The notes below the pieces were generated by a model that was not told the DNA's origin, ran no database searches, and saw nothing but the letters and a program-made list of their open reading frames with translations. Shown in pieces: positions 52,290 to 64,000 of a stretch of 64,000 nucleotides of DNA. The stretch comes from the human T2T-CHM13v2.0 reference genome, Homo sapiens: assembly GCF_009914755.1 (NCBI RefSeq), contig NC_060929.1; one strand, 5' to 3'. The translations under genes were made by a program, and so were the position numbers. Every line of letters begins with the position of its first letter. Positions within the stretch are counted from its first letter, which is position 1.

Positions 52290-53870
52290 TGTTTTATTCT
52301 AGTGGTTTCATACTTGCAGGCCTTCGATTTAGGTTTTTAATCCAATTTGATTTGATTTTTGTATATGGCAAGAGATGACATTGGTCTGGCCAAATATTTT
52401 TTGAATAAGACATCAAAAGCACAGTCAACCAGTGCAAAAGTGGACAAATGAGATCACCTCAAGCTAAAAGGCTTCTGCACAGCAAAGGAAACCATCAACA
52501 AAGTGAAGAGACAACTCACAGAATGGAATAAAATATCTGGAAGCTACCTATCTGATAAGGGATTAATAAACAGAATATATAAGTTGTGTAAACAACTCAA
52601 TAGGAAAAAATAATTTGATTTAAAAATGGTCAAAAGATCTGAATAGATGACATACGAATGGCCAAAAATACTCAACATCCTTAATCATCAGAGAAATATA
52701 AGTCTAAACTACAATGAGATATCATCTCATCCCAGTGAAAATTGCTTCTATCAAAAAGACAGGGAATTACGGATGCTCTCAAAAGTGTGGAGAAAGGGGA
52801 ACCCTCATACACTGTTGGTGGGAACGTAAATTAGTACAGCCACTATGGAGAACAGTATGAAGGTTCCTAAAAACAACAACAACAACAAAATAGAGCTACC
52901 ATATTACCCAGCAATCCCACTGCTGGACATATACCCAAAAGAAAGAAAATCAGTATATCGAAGAGATATCTGCACTCCCATGTTTACCGCAGCACTATTC
53001 ACAATAGCCAAGGTATGGAATCAACCTAAGTGTCCACCAACAGATGAATAAAGAAAATGTTGTACATATACACAATGAAATGTTATTCAGCCATAAAAAA
53101 GAATGAAATTATGTCTCTTTCATCAACATGGATGGAACTGGAGGACATTATGCAAGAGAAATAAGCCAGGCACAGAAAGACAAATATCACATTTCTTGCT
53201 CATATGTGGGAACTCAGAGAGAGAAAGAATAGAATGATGGTTACTAGGGTCTGGGAAGGGTAGTGGGGAGGGGGGATAAAGAGGGGGTGTTTAACCGCAT
53301 ATTCTCACTCGTAGGTGGGAATTGAACAATGAGAACACATGGACACAGGAAGGGGAACATCACACTCTGGGGACTGTTGTGGGGTGTGGGGTGTGGGGAG
53401 GGGGGAGGGATAGCATTGGGAGATATACCTAATGCTAGATGACGAGTTAATGGGTGCAGCGCACCACCATGGCACATGTATACATATGTAACTAACCTGC
53501 ACATTGTGCACATGTACCCTAAAACTTATAGTATAATAATAATAAATAAAATAAAAAATAAAAAAGAGGGGGTGTTTAATGGATACGAAAATGCAGTCAG
53601 ATATGAGGAATAAGATCTAGTGTTCAGTAGACAACAGGGTGACTACAGTTAACAAAAATTTATTGTATATTTCAAAATAACTAAGAGTGGAATTGCAATG
53701 CTTCTAACACAAATACATTACAAATGCTTGAGGTGACGGATATCCCAGTTACCCTGATTTGATCATTATATGGTGTATGCTTGTATCAAAATGTCACATG
53801 TACCCTTTACATATCTGTAACTCTTATGTATCCATAATAATTAAAAATAAAAACTTTTTAAAAGAAAAAA
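52290..53870 (+). mobile_element. L1MA 3' portion with a 5' inversion (52290-52376 inverted)
   Basis: ORF2 C-terminal remnant ([17 protein letters not shown]...[22 protein letters not shown]) and L1MA tail. Confidence 0.9.
53295..53562 (+). mobile_element. Young L1PA (PA2/PA3-like) 3' end nested in the L1MA
   Basis: GAGATATACCTAATGCTAGATGACGAGTTA; perfect 17-bp TSD aaagagggggtgtttaa at 53278 and 53563. Confidence 0.92.
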
Positions 53871-54269
53871 AACCCCTATATACTTATGGTCTTAAGCATG
53901 GCTTTGGGACCCAGCAATGAATTAGATGTAATTCTAGCCTTATATGGCATTATAGTCTAATTAGTGGAAAATAGACACATAAACAAATAAAGATATGTAT
54001 GTGTACAATGTATGAATGAGAGAGTTACTGATTTTCTTAGAAAAGAGAAGGGAGAGATGAAAGGCTCCAAAGGGGAAATGAACATGGCATTGAGTGTTAG
54101 AATAGAGATGAAATCAATCCATTCCATGCAACAAACATTTTCAAAAGCACCTACTACATACCAAGCACAGGTCTCAGTGCCTTTCTGAAATTGTCCTCCT
54201 TTAGAGAGTGGCAGCTTCATTTTTAACTTGATGTTTTAAAAAAATACTTAACTCAAAATAGCAAAACAA

Positions 54270-55725
54270 TCTATAAAAAAAGGCAAAGTTCGAGGACTCA
54301 CAAAACGTACTACTACTTACATACTACAAAGCTGCAGTAATCAAGACAGTGTAGTACTGGCATGAGGATAGGCATTCAGATCAGTCGGGTAGAATTGAGA
54401 GTCCAGAAACCCATATGCCTACAGTCAACTGATTTTTTACAAGAATATCAAGACCATTCAATGAGGAAAGAATCACCTATTCAACAAATAGCATTGGGAC
54501 AACTGGATAGCTACATGCAAAAGAATATTTAAAAAATTAACTCAAAATGGATTAAAAACTTAAATGTAAAAGCTAAAATTATAAAACTTAGAAGAAAGCA
54601 TGTATGTACATCAGAATCTCAGATTAGTCAATGGTTTGTTAGTTACAATACCAAAAGCACAAGAAAAAAATAGTCAAACTGGACTTCATCACAATGAAAA
54701 ACTATTCTGCTTCAAAAGACGTTGTGAAGAAAATAAAAAGACAACCCACAGAATGGTTGAAATTGTAGACAACGTACAGAAATGGTAGAATTTGCAAGTC
54801 ATATATCCAGTAAAGGTCTAGATCTAGAATATATAAAGAACTTTTATATTTCAACAATAAAAAGACAACCAACATTTCAAAAAAAGGCAAATGACCTGAT
54901 AGTTCTCTAAAGAAGATGTGCAACTAGCCAATAAGCACATAAAAGATGCACAATATCATTATTCATTACAGAAATGCAAATTGAAAATACAGGAGATATC
55001 ACTTCATACCCACTAGGACAGCAATAATTGTTTTTTAAAAAAAGGAAAATAAATGTTGGTGAAGATGTGGAGAAAGTGGAACTCTCATACATTGCCAGCG
55101 AAATTATAAAATGGTTCAGACACTGTGGAAAACATATTGGCAGTTTTCTCAAAAAGGTAAACATAGAGTTACTATATGACCCAGCAATTCAACTCCTAGG
55201 AATTTACCCAGGAGAAATAACATGTCTGCCCAAAAACTTGTACATGAACGTTCATAACAACATTATTCATAATAGCTAATAAGTGGCAACAGCCTAAATG
55301 ATCAGCTCATGAGTGGATAAACAAATATGGTAGATTCAGAGGACAAAATGTTATTCAGCCATAACAGGAAATGAAGTGTGGATCGATGCATGCTATAACA
55401 TGGAGAAACCTTTAATACAGTATGTTGAGTGGAAGGTGCCAGACACAAAAGACTACATATTGTGTGATTCCATTTATATGCAATGTTCATGGTAGGCAAA
55501 TCCATAGAGACAGAGAAATAATTAATTAGTGGTCGCCAGGGGGCTAGGGAAAAGGGAATTGGGAGTGACTACTAATAGAACCAGAGTTTATTGTTGGTGT
55601 GATGGATATGCTTTGAAATTTGATAGCGGGGATGATTGTACAAAATTAAGAACATACTCAAACTCACTGAATTGTACTTTTTAAAATGGTAAAGTTTATG
55701 TCATGTGAATTACATGTCAATAGTC
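54270..55725 (+). mobile_element. L1MB-type LINE 3' portion
   Basis: ORF2 remnant (NIELLYDPAIQLLGIYP) and 3'UTR motifs (gattccatttatatg, taggcaaatccatagagacaga). Confidence 0.85.
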
Positions 55726-57871
55726 ATAACAAAAATTATTAACCAACATATGCTCCCTATTTTCTTTGGAATGTTGATACATTGATACAAATCAGCTAAA
55801 ATAATAAAGCACGAGTTATGCCATTAATATTCGTTTTACAAAAACACGTGTTTTGCATTCTAGTCGAAAAGTTAAAGTTTATTCAGATTATGATCAGGAG
55901 TAGGCAGAGGCCAAGGGAAGGCCAAGCTTAAAGGACTTAGTTGTCAAGACTCCTTTGACTAATTTTTAAACTCCCACATGATAATTCATCTGCTCAGCAA
56001 AGCTTCGCTTTGAAAAAACAATTTTTATTAAAACGTTACGGTACAAAAATTAGTGGGTCAAATCCTGTCTCATAGGTACAAATTAGTCATTTTGAAATAT
56101 GTACGAATTCTTGTGATGCACAGAACAGCTGTTTGGCTGATGCTGACCTGTGAGGCTCTGATGTGCTACTGCAGCCTTTCAGTGTGTCTCCTGGTGAAGA
56201 GGCCACCAACAGTATCTGCTCCCTTTTTCTTAAATGTGCTTTTACGAAGTTTATCCCTTGGGAGGACCACCCATGTGAGTGGATGTCAGATTTGCTCATA
56301 AGTCCATAAATCATACAGACTTAACCTTGTTTATTAAAGCAGGTCTTTTTCTTCATTTCTGTTCCTTTTGAAGAGTTCAAAAGCTAAAACACTAGCCCCA
56401 ATGAACTCCCCATCACATCTTAGCAAGCCTAATATTTCTAATTCTAGAGGAAGAACCCCAGTCTGCACTATAAGTAAGAAATAGCATTTTCATTATTTTG
56501 TGTGACAAACTGTGTTCTTACTGACCATTTCACTCCAGATATAGCTTAGTATTTTTTTTTCATAGAGATTTCAGGAAACGATAGCATAGTTTTTTAATAG
56601 TGAAAATATAAATACAGATTCTGAAGCAGTCTGTGGTCTTAGTATGTGGGGATGATTAGTCATATTGGGGACTGCCCTGATAGTAGGGTGGGCTGGGGGA
56701 ATTACCCTGAGAGGTTAATTATGAAATTCATATAAAATGGATGAAAAGTCACCTTAATGGATAGAATGACAAATAAGGCAAGAAGAAGAGGGAAAAGATA
56801 GTTGGCAAAACAAACCTCAGCAGTGCCTCTTCCAGCACCATCTAGGAAATTATAGGATTTGGGAATTCCCATCCTAGTGGGAAGGCCGTAGCCAGTGTTG
56901 TAAACAAACATGGAGGACCTGCTAGCAATACCGTTCTTCTGCAAGATGGCTGCATCAGGCCCCATTAACCTGATAACATTAAAATCAGATTTTTCTGCCT
57001 TCTTTTCCCCCATGGATTCAATGTCCACTAGCAACCTTCTGAACATGTCTCCTATGAGACACTATGTTGTAGTGGCTAGGTATCCACACTCTGGTTTACA
57101 CTGTGTGGGTTCAAATCTCATCTCTACCACTCACTAGCATTGTGATCTTATAAGTTTAGAACCTCTGACTTTATCTATAAGAGGGTTTTAACCACAATTC
57201 CTACCGATAGACTTGTGAGGTCATCATGGAAAATGCTTGACACTGTGCCTGGCACAATGTTATTGTTAATAAATGCTAACCATTATGGTCATTGTTATTC
57301 TAATATAAGTATGTCTATGAAAATAGAATGGGCTTCTCACATGTGGCAATTATGTTTTTCATTAAAAATTACTAAAATGGGCTTTTTGACTTAATATGTT
57401 AATCACCTGAACTTAGTGTAAGTCTTATAGGACTTACAAGAAAAGAGGACTTACAGGCGAATAGATTCAGGTTTCTGATCCTGCCAAGCCAAGGTCATGG
57501 CAAATCCACCAAGGCCACAAAAATGCCATCTTGTGAAGCCCCTTGGGGTCTGCCTCCTGGTCTTTCCCTGAAAATGCCATCTCATTCAGGAGCTTGCTTT
57601 CAATTTCCTTAAGAGGAGATTCTACAGAGGAAGTAACAAAATGGGATCAATGGTTCACATGGTGAGTGAATGTTGAAATACTGATCTGCTGAGGACTGAG
57701 CTTCTGTAATTCAGGTCATACCCTTTTCTAAAACCCTTCAAAGGCTTCCCTTCTGCTTTTAGGATAAAATCCAAACTTTGTGCTAGAGTTCCACAAGGTC
57801 TTTCCTCCCTGACTCCTTCTGCCTTTCCAACCACGTTCTACAATTCTCTCTTGCCTTACCATGCTCTAGTT

Positions 57872-58005
57872 CAGGGGCTGGCAAACTATAGGAAAGTTTG
57901 GTAACATTTTATTGGAACACAGCACATCCCTTTGTTTAAGTATTGCCTATGGCTGCTTTCACACTGCAATGGCAGGCTTGGGTGGTTGAGACAGACACAT
58001 ATGGC
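57872..58005 (+). mobile_element. MER58-like hAT-Charlie fragment
   Basis: caggggctggcaaacta...ttttattggaacacagc...ctatggctgctttc. Confidence 0.75.
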
Positions 58006-58429
58006 TCCACTGTAATTGTATGGTAACATTTAACTGTACAGGACTTGGGAAGTTAGGTCTAGCTGTGAGTCCAAGAAAAGGAAATGATTTTGTTCATCAG
58101 CCAACAATTTTTGCTATAAAAGCAAAGCAATGTGAGTGGGGGCCCTAAAAATCCCCACTGTTTTCGCCATTCTGACTACCACCCACTCCCCACCAAAGGT
58201 CCCTGGGGCACACCCTGCAGACCTTATTACTTTAGGGCACACATTTTGAAAAGGGCTGACTTTGCTAATTTGACTTGGCATTTTGATTAAAGTTACTTTC
58301 ATATTTTGATTAAAGTTATAACTGCATGATACAGGCATACTCTTATCACCAGTGCTTTAAGAACATGAAACGGGAAGCTGATGACTTCTAAACCATTTCA
58401 CAATGAGTCTAAATTCACTGCTTAATAAT

Positions 58430-58640
58430 AAATAACAATGATAATAATAGTAACAGATGTGTACCACTCACATATACCACCATCTTATCTCATCCTCACT
58501 TATGGTAAGTGCTTCTGTTATTCATTTTATAGATGAGGAAACTAAGGAGAAGAGAAGTTAAGTAACTTGCCCAGGTTACACAATAGGAAGTAATGAATAA
58601 TGGATCCAGGATTTAAAGCCAGTAGTCTGACCACTGAGCA
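58430..58640 (-). mobile_element. MIR
   Basis: cattttatagatgaggaaactaagg...gttaagtaacttgcccaggttacaca. Confidence 0.8.
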
Positions 58641-59077
58641 CAATTAATTAATTTTAACTACAAAATCTCACCATATGGTTAAATGAATACCTCATTCTTG
58701 TGTAGTAGTTTACAGTTACAAATTGGTGAGTATCCTCATTTTCCATATTAGAAACAAAGGCATGAAAATGTTAAGAGATTTGGCAAGGTTATGTAGCCAT
58801 TTTTCAGGCAAAAGAATATTAGGAACTTGGTCTTTGGATTCTCCCGCTCACAAACAAAATCTAAACTTGAACTGTATGCAACTATCTCTGCTATGGCAGT
58901 CATGCACCTAGAACCTGGTGGGCACTAAATCAGAATAAACTATCTGGATGGCATTTTAGCTACAACATATCCAAAATAAAAAGAGCCAAATATTTATAAA
59001 GAAAATGAGAGGCAATGTAACAACAATAAAAGTTGGAAATGACCTTAATATTAACTAGTAGAAGAATGGTTAAATTA

Positions 59078-59547
<470 letters not shown>

Positions 59548-59779
59548 TTAACTTTATTTTAAAATATCTTTATGAATTTCATGCTTTTATATTAGATTAT
59601 GTTTTCAAACTCTATTAATGTGTACTGAATAACTTCACAGGAATTGTATTAAAATATTTACCATGGATATCTCTGGATGTGAGATGATGGTAGATTTTCT
59701 TCTACATATTTTTCTGTACTTTTTTACTTTCTCCAGTGAAGATATATTACTTTTATGAGTAGGAAAGTTTCACGGTACG

Positions 59780-60147
59780 TGTTGTTATATAGACTGAATG
59801 TTTGTGTCTCCCCAAAATTCATACGTTGAAATCCTAACCCCCAATATGATGGTATTAGGAGGTAGGGCCTTTGTAAGTAATTAGGTCATGAAGGTGGAGC
59901 CCTATGAATGGGATTAGTGCCCTTATGAAAGAGTCTCGGAAGAGCTCTCTCACCCTTTCAGCCTCTTGAGGACAGTGAGAAGACAGCGGGCTATGAACTA
60001 GGATGCAGGCCTTTACCAGACACTGGATCTGTCAGTGCCTTGATCTTGGACTTCACAGCCTCCAGACTGTGAGAAATAAATGTTTGTTGTTTAAGCCACC
60101 AAATCTATGGTATTTTTACTGTAGCATCCTGAGCACACTAAGACACA
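59780..60147 (+). mobile_element. MLT1A-type LTR
   Basis: gactgaatgtttgtgtctccccaaaattcatacgttgaaatcctaacccc...ctaagaca. Confidence 0.88.
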
Positions 60148-60737
60148 TGTTATTTTAAGGAAAGATGCTAATACCCTGCCCTTCACAGCCTGCCTCCTCA
60201 GCAAGTTCCCACCGTGTTTAGGGGTGTTGAGCCTTCACTGCAACCACTAAAAACACAGTCCCACATTATAAGTAATTCTGCTTAGGAACTTCCAGTTGAC
60301 CATCAGTACCAAATAAACGTATCTTGAATTCAGTCATCTATATAAATGTTGTTTATGTAGAGATGTGGGAGGAGAGAGGAGAAGGTTATGATCTCTTTGT
60401 GGTTTCATGGGATGTACTGTTTGGTCCCTTTCTGGGGCCACAGGGGTACAGGTTCAGACATGGTTTAGGATACCAGGGTTCCGGGACTGGGTAAGAAATG
60501 TGGCTCAGGAGCTTCTGGGGAGAGAGATGGGCCACACCCTTCCCCAGTGCATTCATTTTTCAATAGGGCTTAGGAACTTTCAGAGAAAGGACTGAAATCC
60601 TGCCCACCAATGCACTGCAAACCTATGTCTGAGAAAGTAGGGTGTTCCCAGATGGAGAACAGATTATAGAGAAGAACAAGTGCTTCCACTGAAGAACTAA
60701 ACTGGCACTACAATTCCAATAAGAAAAATTGGTGTTA

Positions 60738-61010
60738 TGCATGTTCTCACTCATAAGTGGGAGTTGAACAATGAGAACATGTGGACACAGGGAGGGGAAC
60801 ATCACATACCCGGGCCTGTCAGGGGGTGGGGGGTAAGGGGAGGGAGAGCATCAGGACAAATACCTAATGCATGCGAGGCTTAAAACCTAGGTGGTGGGTT
60901 GATAGGTGCAGCAAGCCACCATGGCACATGCATACCTGTGTAACAAACCGGCACGTTCTGCACATGTATCCCAGAACTTAAAGTAAAATAAAATAAAATA
61001 AAATAGAAAA
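60738..61010 (+). mobile_element. L1PA (older, PA8-like) 3' end
   Basis: catgttctcactcataagtgggagttgaacaatgagaac...cccagaacttaaagtaaaat; TSD agaaaa(a/g)ttggtgtta at 60722 and 61011. Confidence 0.9.
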
Positions 61011-62720
61011 AGAAAAGTTGGTGTTAGCAGAGAGTGGGGGTTATAGGTAGTTTCCCAGCTGACATCAAAACTTGCCTGTACACAGCCACCCTAGGGGCAC
61101 TTTTGTAGCCTTGGAGAAAGGTGCAGTGGGTTGATTTGGAAGAATAATAACTCTGTAAAAGGTAGTAACACTATGGTTTAATCAGCTTTGCAGTGGGGCC
61201 CCTGGATGAGTGGACTATAACAATTACTACAGCAATTACATCCTCTGGCTTTGAATGACATTTATATGGGTTTGGGAACAGAGATGACTCTCCCTGAGGG
61301 GGTGGTGGTAGCTGCAAAGCTGACAGGAGCGGAGTTTCAACCTTGGTGGGGGTGGAGGAGCAGAATATGTGTACGACTATCAGGGTTGGTGGTAAAAACT
61401 GCCTTGCTTGGCTCAGCATGTCTCCAGTGAGGAAGCCCTGTCATGAGCCACTAGAATACCTGGGACTGGGTGCATCTACAGTGCCAGCCTAGCTGAATGT
61501 AGCACCAAGTGTGTTCATCTCACTTTGCTGAGTGGGAGGTGACACTGGACCAGTGATCTGGATCGCTGAATTATACATTTAAAATATGTAATGCGCTAGG
61601 TTAAAAGTGCTATAAAGAAATAAGGTCATAACAAGGTAGTAAGGCATCTAGCATATATTCCAAATTCACAAACATTGGTCCTGCAGGATTTCCAGGTGAT
61701 GGTGACTGTGGTGGCAACGGGGATGGGGACAGATTTCTAGTCCTGAGGGGCATCTTTGTGGAAACATCAGAGCCTTGGTCCATGGATTCCTGCCATAGTG
61801 GGGACAGAAGTGAACTATTTCTGGCTGCACGTCAGCACCCTTAGGCATTTCCAGAAATATTTAGGGGAAAGACACTCTTTAAAAGGCTGAGGTAAAGCAG
61901 GGACACTCAAAATTGGTGAAGTGTGAGATGCTCGGGATGAGTTTGTTTAAACAAAGTAAGCCAAAGGGGCTATTAAAGCGTACGGTTCCCCATGAATTCA
62001 ATGTTTTTCTTTAAGCAACTCAACTTCTGTGGCTACTTGTTACAGCTATTTCAAGGAGCTGCCCTTGGAAGCCTTCATTTTTATGAGGTGTAAGAAAAAC
62101 CATGACTCAGGTAAATCTGTCAACATTTTCCCATAGAAAGTTTATCTTTAGAGGCTCCTCCCACCGGGATCCTCTCCATCTGTCCACAGCCTACTGAGTA
62201 ACCCACCGACTATTGCGTTCTCTGCCCCACGTTCATTCGTTCCTTTTCCCTATTCAAACTTCAACTAGCTCTAATGGCAGAAAAGTGATCTGATATATAA
62301 CGTCACCTAAAAGGACAAATGACTGACAGTAGCTCGATTTAGTTTCCATTTTAAAGGAGGATGTTTGGAGTCCACAATGCCTTAATGGAAAGGAATTGGG
62401 CTAATTGTGTAATTCTTTCAACAAGGCAGGCCATTGGTGGGAGGCTTTTGGGCAGGGGAGCTTCCTGGAATCTGTTAATGATATACCCCAAAGGCAACTC
62501 AACTGACTCATGAAGTTAACTCTGATGGTGCTGATGATGTTACTAAGAAGCCCTAAGCCTGTGCTGCCTAAAGTTCACAGAGTTTTATTTAACATATTCT
62601 TTTGAGCTAGGCAGAGAAGAAATGACCATCTCTCATTAACAGCAAGGATACTGAGGACTGGAGATCACCCTCATTTGCCCAAGTGTCTCAGCTAGTAGCT
62701 GATGGAAACAGCACTAAATA

Positions 62721-62854
62721 TATATATATATATAATTTATTTATTTAAATTATATATATATATAATTTATTTATTTAAATTATATATATATATAATTTAT
62801 TTATTTAAATTATATATATATATAATTTATTTATTTAAATTATATATATATATA
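62721..62854. repeat. AT-only minisatellite: 4 perfect 30-bp units plus a partial unit
   Basis: tatatatatatataatttatttatttaaat at 62721, 62751, 62781 and 62811. Confidence 0.97.
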
Positions 62855-62994
62855 TTTAATTTCATCTTGTGTGGGCAAATAAAGGCAGAATGTCCAAGAC
62901 AAGGTTGTTTACCTTGGCTGTTATTGGCACCTTGGAATAATATTAAGCTGTAAGGGGCTTAAGATCAGCTAAATTACCTGATCTGTAAGCCTCT

Positions 62995-63708
62995 CTCTTT
63001 TTCTCATCCCCCATGTCCAATCCTCCAGCAACTCCTGCAGGCTTAACATTCAAAATAAACACTTTCCACCATTCCACTGCTCCCCTCCATCTGAGGCCTT
63101 ACCTCTCTCATGTAGATGGTTATGGCAGCTTCCTGACTGCTCTCCTTCCTTCCACACTTGCCCATCTACAGTTAATTCTTCACACACCAGCCAGAGGGAT
63201 CCTGTTCAAACCTAAGGCAGGTCAGGGCGGTCCTTTGCTTGGAACCTTCAGCAGTTCCTCCCTGCAGGCAGAGTCAAAGCCCAGTCTGCACCTGGCTCCT
63301 GGCTGCCTTGATGGCCTCAGCTCCAGTTCTCTTTGCTCCAGTCAGACTGTCTTTCCTTTTCCTCAAACTTGCCACACACCTTCCTACCTCAGGGCCTTTC
63401 TACTGGCTATTTCCGCCCTGCCCCTTGAGTCTTCCAGATATTCACATAACTGGCCTCTTTACTTTATTCAGACCCCTGATCAAATGTCATCTCCTCAGAG
63501 AAGCCCCTCCGCCACTATCACTCTTCTAGCCTCTCATTGTGTTTTAGCTCTCCTTATAGCACTTTTTACCTAACACATTATATATATTTTAAAACGCGTT
63601 GTCTCGTTCTCCTTTCTAGTTGGAAGCTCCATGTCAGTTTTGTTTTGTTCCCTGCTGTATCTTCATTGCCTACAATAGCACTTGGCACATACTTGCTGAA
63701 TAAATGAA
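62995..63708 (+). mobile_element. L2 LINE 3' region
   Basis: ttcttcacacaccagccagagggatcctg...cctacctcagggcctt...tcaaatgtcatctcctcagagaagcc...gctgaataaatgaa. Confidence 0.85.
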
Positions 63709-63827
63709 ACTGAGAAACTCAGAGCAAACTATTTCTTTTTAGATAAAGCCCACAAAAATGTTTTCTTCCTGTTCAGTTTAAACTATCCAGCACACAACAT
63801 CAGCCTTGTGATTGTCTTTTTTTCTGA

Positions 63828-63945
63828 TGCTCTGACCTCTGAGTGACCTTTAACAAGTAACTTTGTTAGAACTCACTTTACCCAGCTATAGAATGGGAAT
63901 AAAAATATAACCTACCTTCCTTCTCAGACACTTTAATGAAGCAAA
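63828..63945 (+). mobile_element. MIR overlapping the exon 1A3 donor
   Basis: gtgaccttt.acaagt.actt...ctatagaatgggaataaaaatataacctacct. Confidence 0.6.
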
Positions 63946-64000
63946 GTCTTCTTTGTTCTTTGAGGAAAGGAGCCAGGCAGATGAAAATTCCTGTTATTAA
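63916..64000 (-). other. NR3C1: 3' end of distal exon 1A (1A3 donor); the exon extends beyond the window
   Basis: Donor AAG|GTAGGT at 63916/63915; ...AAAGTGTCTGAGAAGGAAG matches the recalled 1A3-exon 2 junction; ~33.7 kb upstream of exon 2. Confidence 0.7.

Noticed and set aside
55841-55854. 14-bp palindrome AAAACACGTGTTTT containing an E-box
   Set aside because: Short palindromes and E-boxes are expected by chance in 64 kb
56702-57137. 114-aa and 75-aa ORFs
   Set aside because: No recognisable family or processed-pseudogene hallmarks (polyA, TSD); treated as a possible regulatory region instead
62702-62953. ORF with repeated LYIYIIYLFK
   Set aside because: Translation of the 30-bp AT minisatellite
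63013-63573. 186-aa ORF
   Set aside because: Lies within a decayed L2; low-complexity Leu/Ser/Pro content; no gene structure

Overview
Primate (almost certainly human) genomic DNA covering the 5' half of the glucocorticoid receptor gene NR3C1 on the minus strand. In transcription order it holds: the 3' end of distal exon 1A at the right edge, a TE-rich ~29 kb intron, and a ~3.2 kb CpG island with several alternative non-coding first exons (1D, 1J, 1E, 1B, 1F, 1C, 1H). These are followed by the 1197-nt coding exon 2 (GR aa 1-395, N-terminal/AF-1 domain) and ~29 kb of intron 2. Exon and repeat-subfamily names come from recalled knowledge, not database searches. The only credible protein-coding segment is exon 2. 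I see no evidence of a wholly new gene system. The most interesting sequence-level observations are: (1) uORFs in exons 1C, 1D and 1B that meet exon 2 in all three frames and stop before, on, or after the GR start codon; (2) an exon-2 circle that would encode GR(1-395); (3) a candidate 12-nt in-frame microexon in intron 2; (4) a candidate extra first exon with YY1 motifs; (5) a strand-biased GCAACTT motif in the island; (6) TE-derived distal splice donors; (7) several local templated duplications; (8) the BclI site-absent allele.
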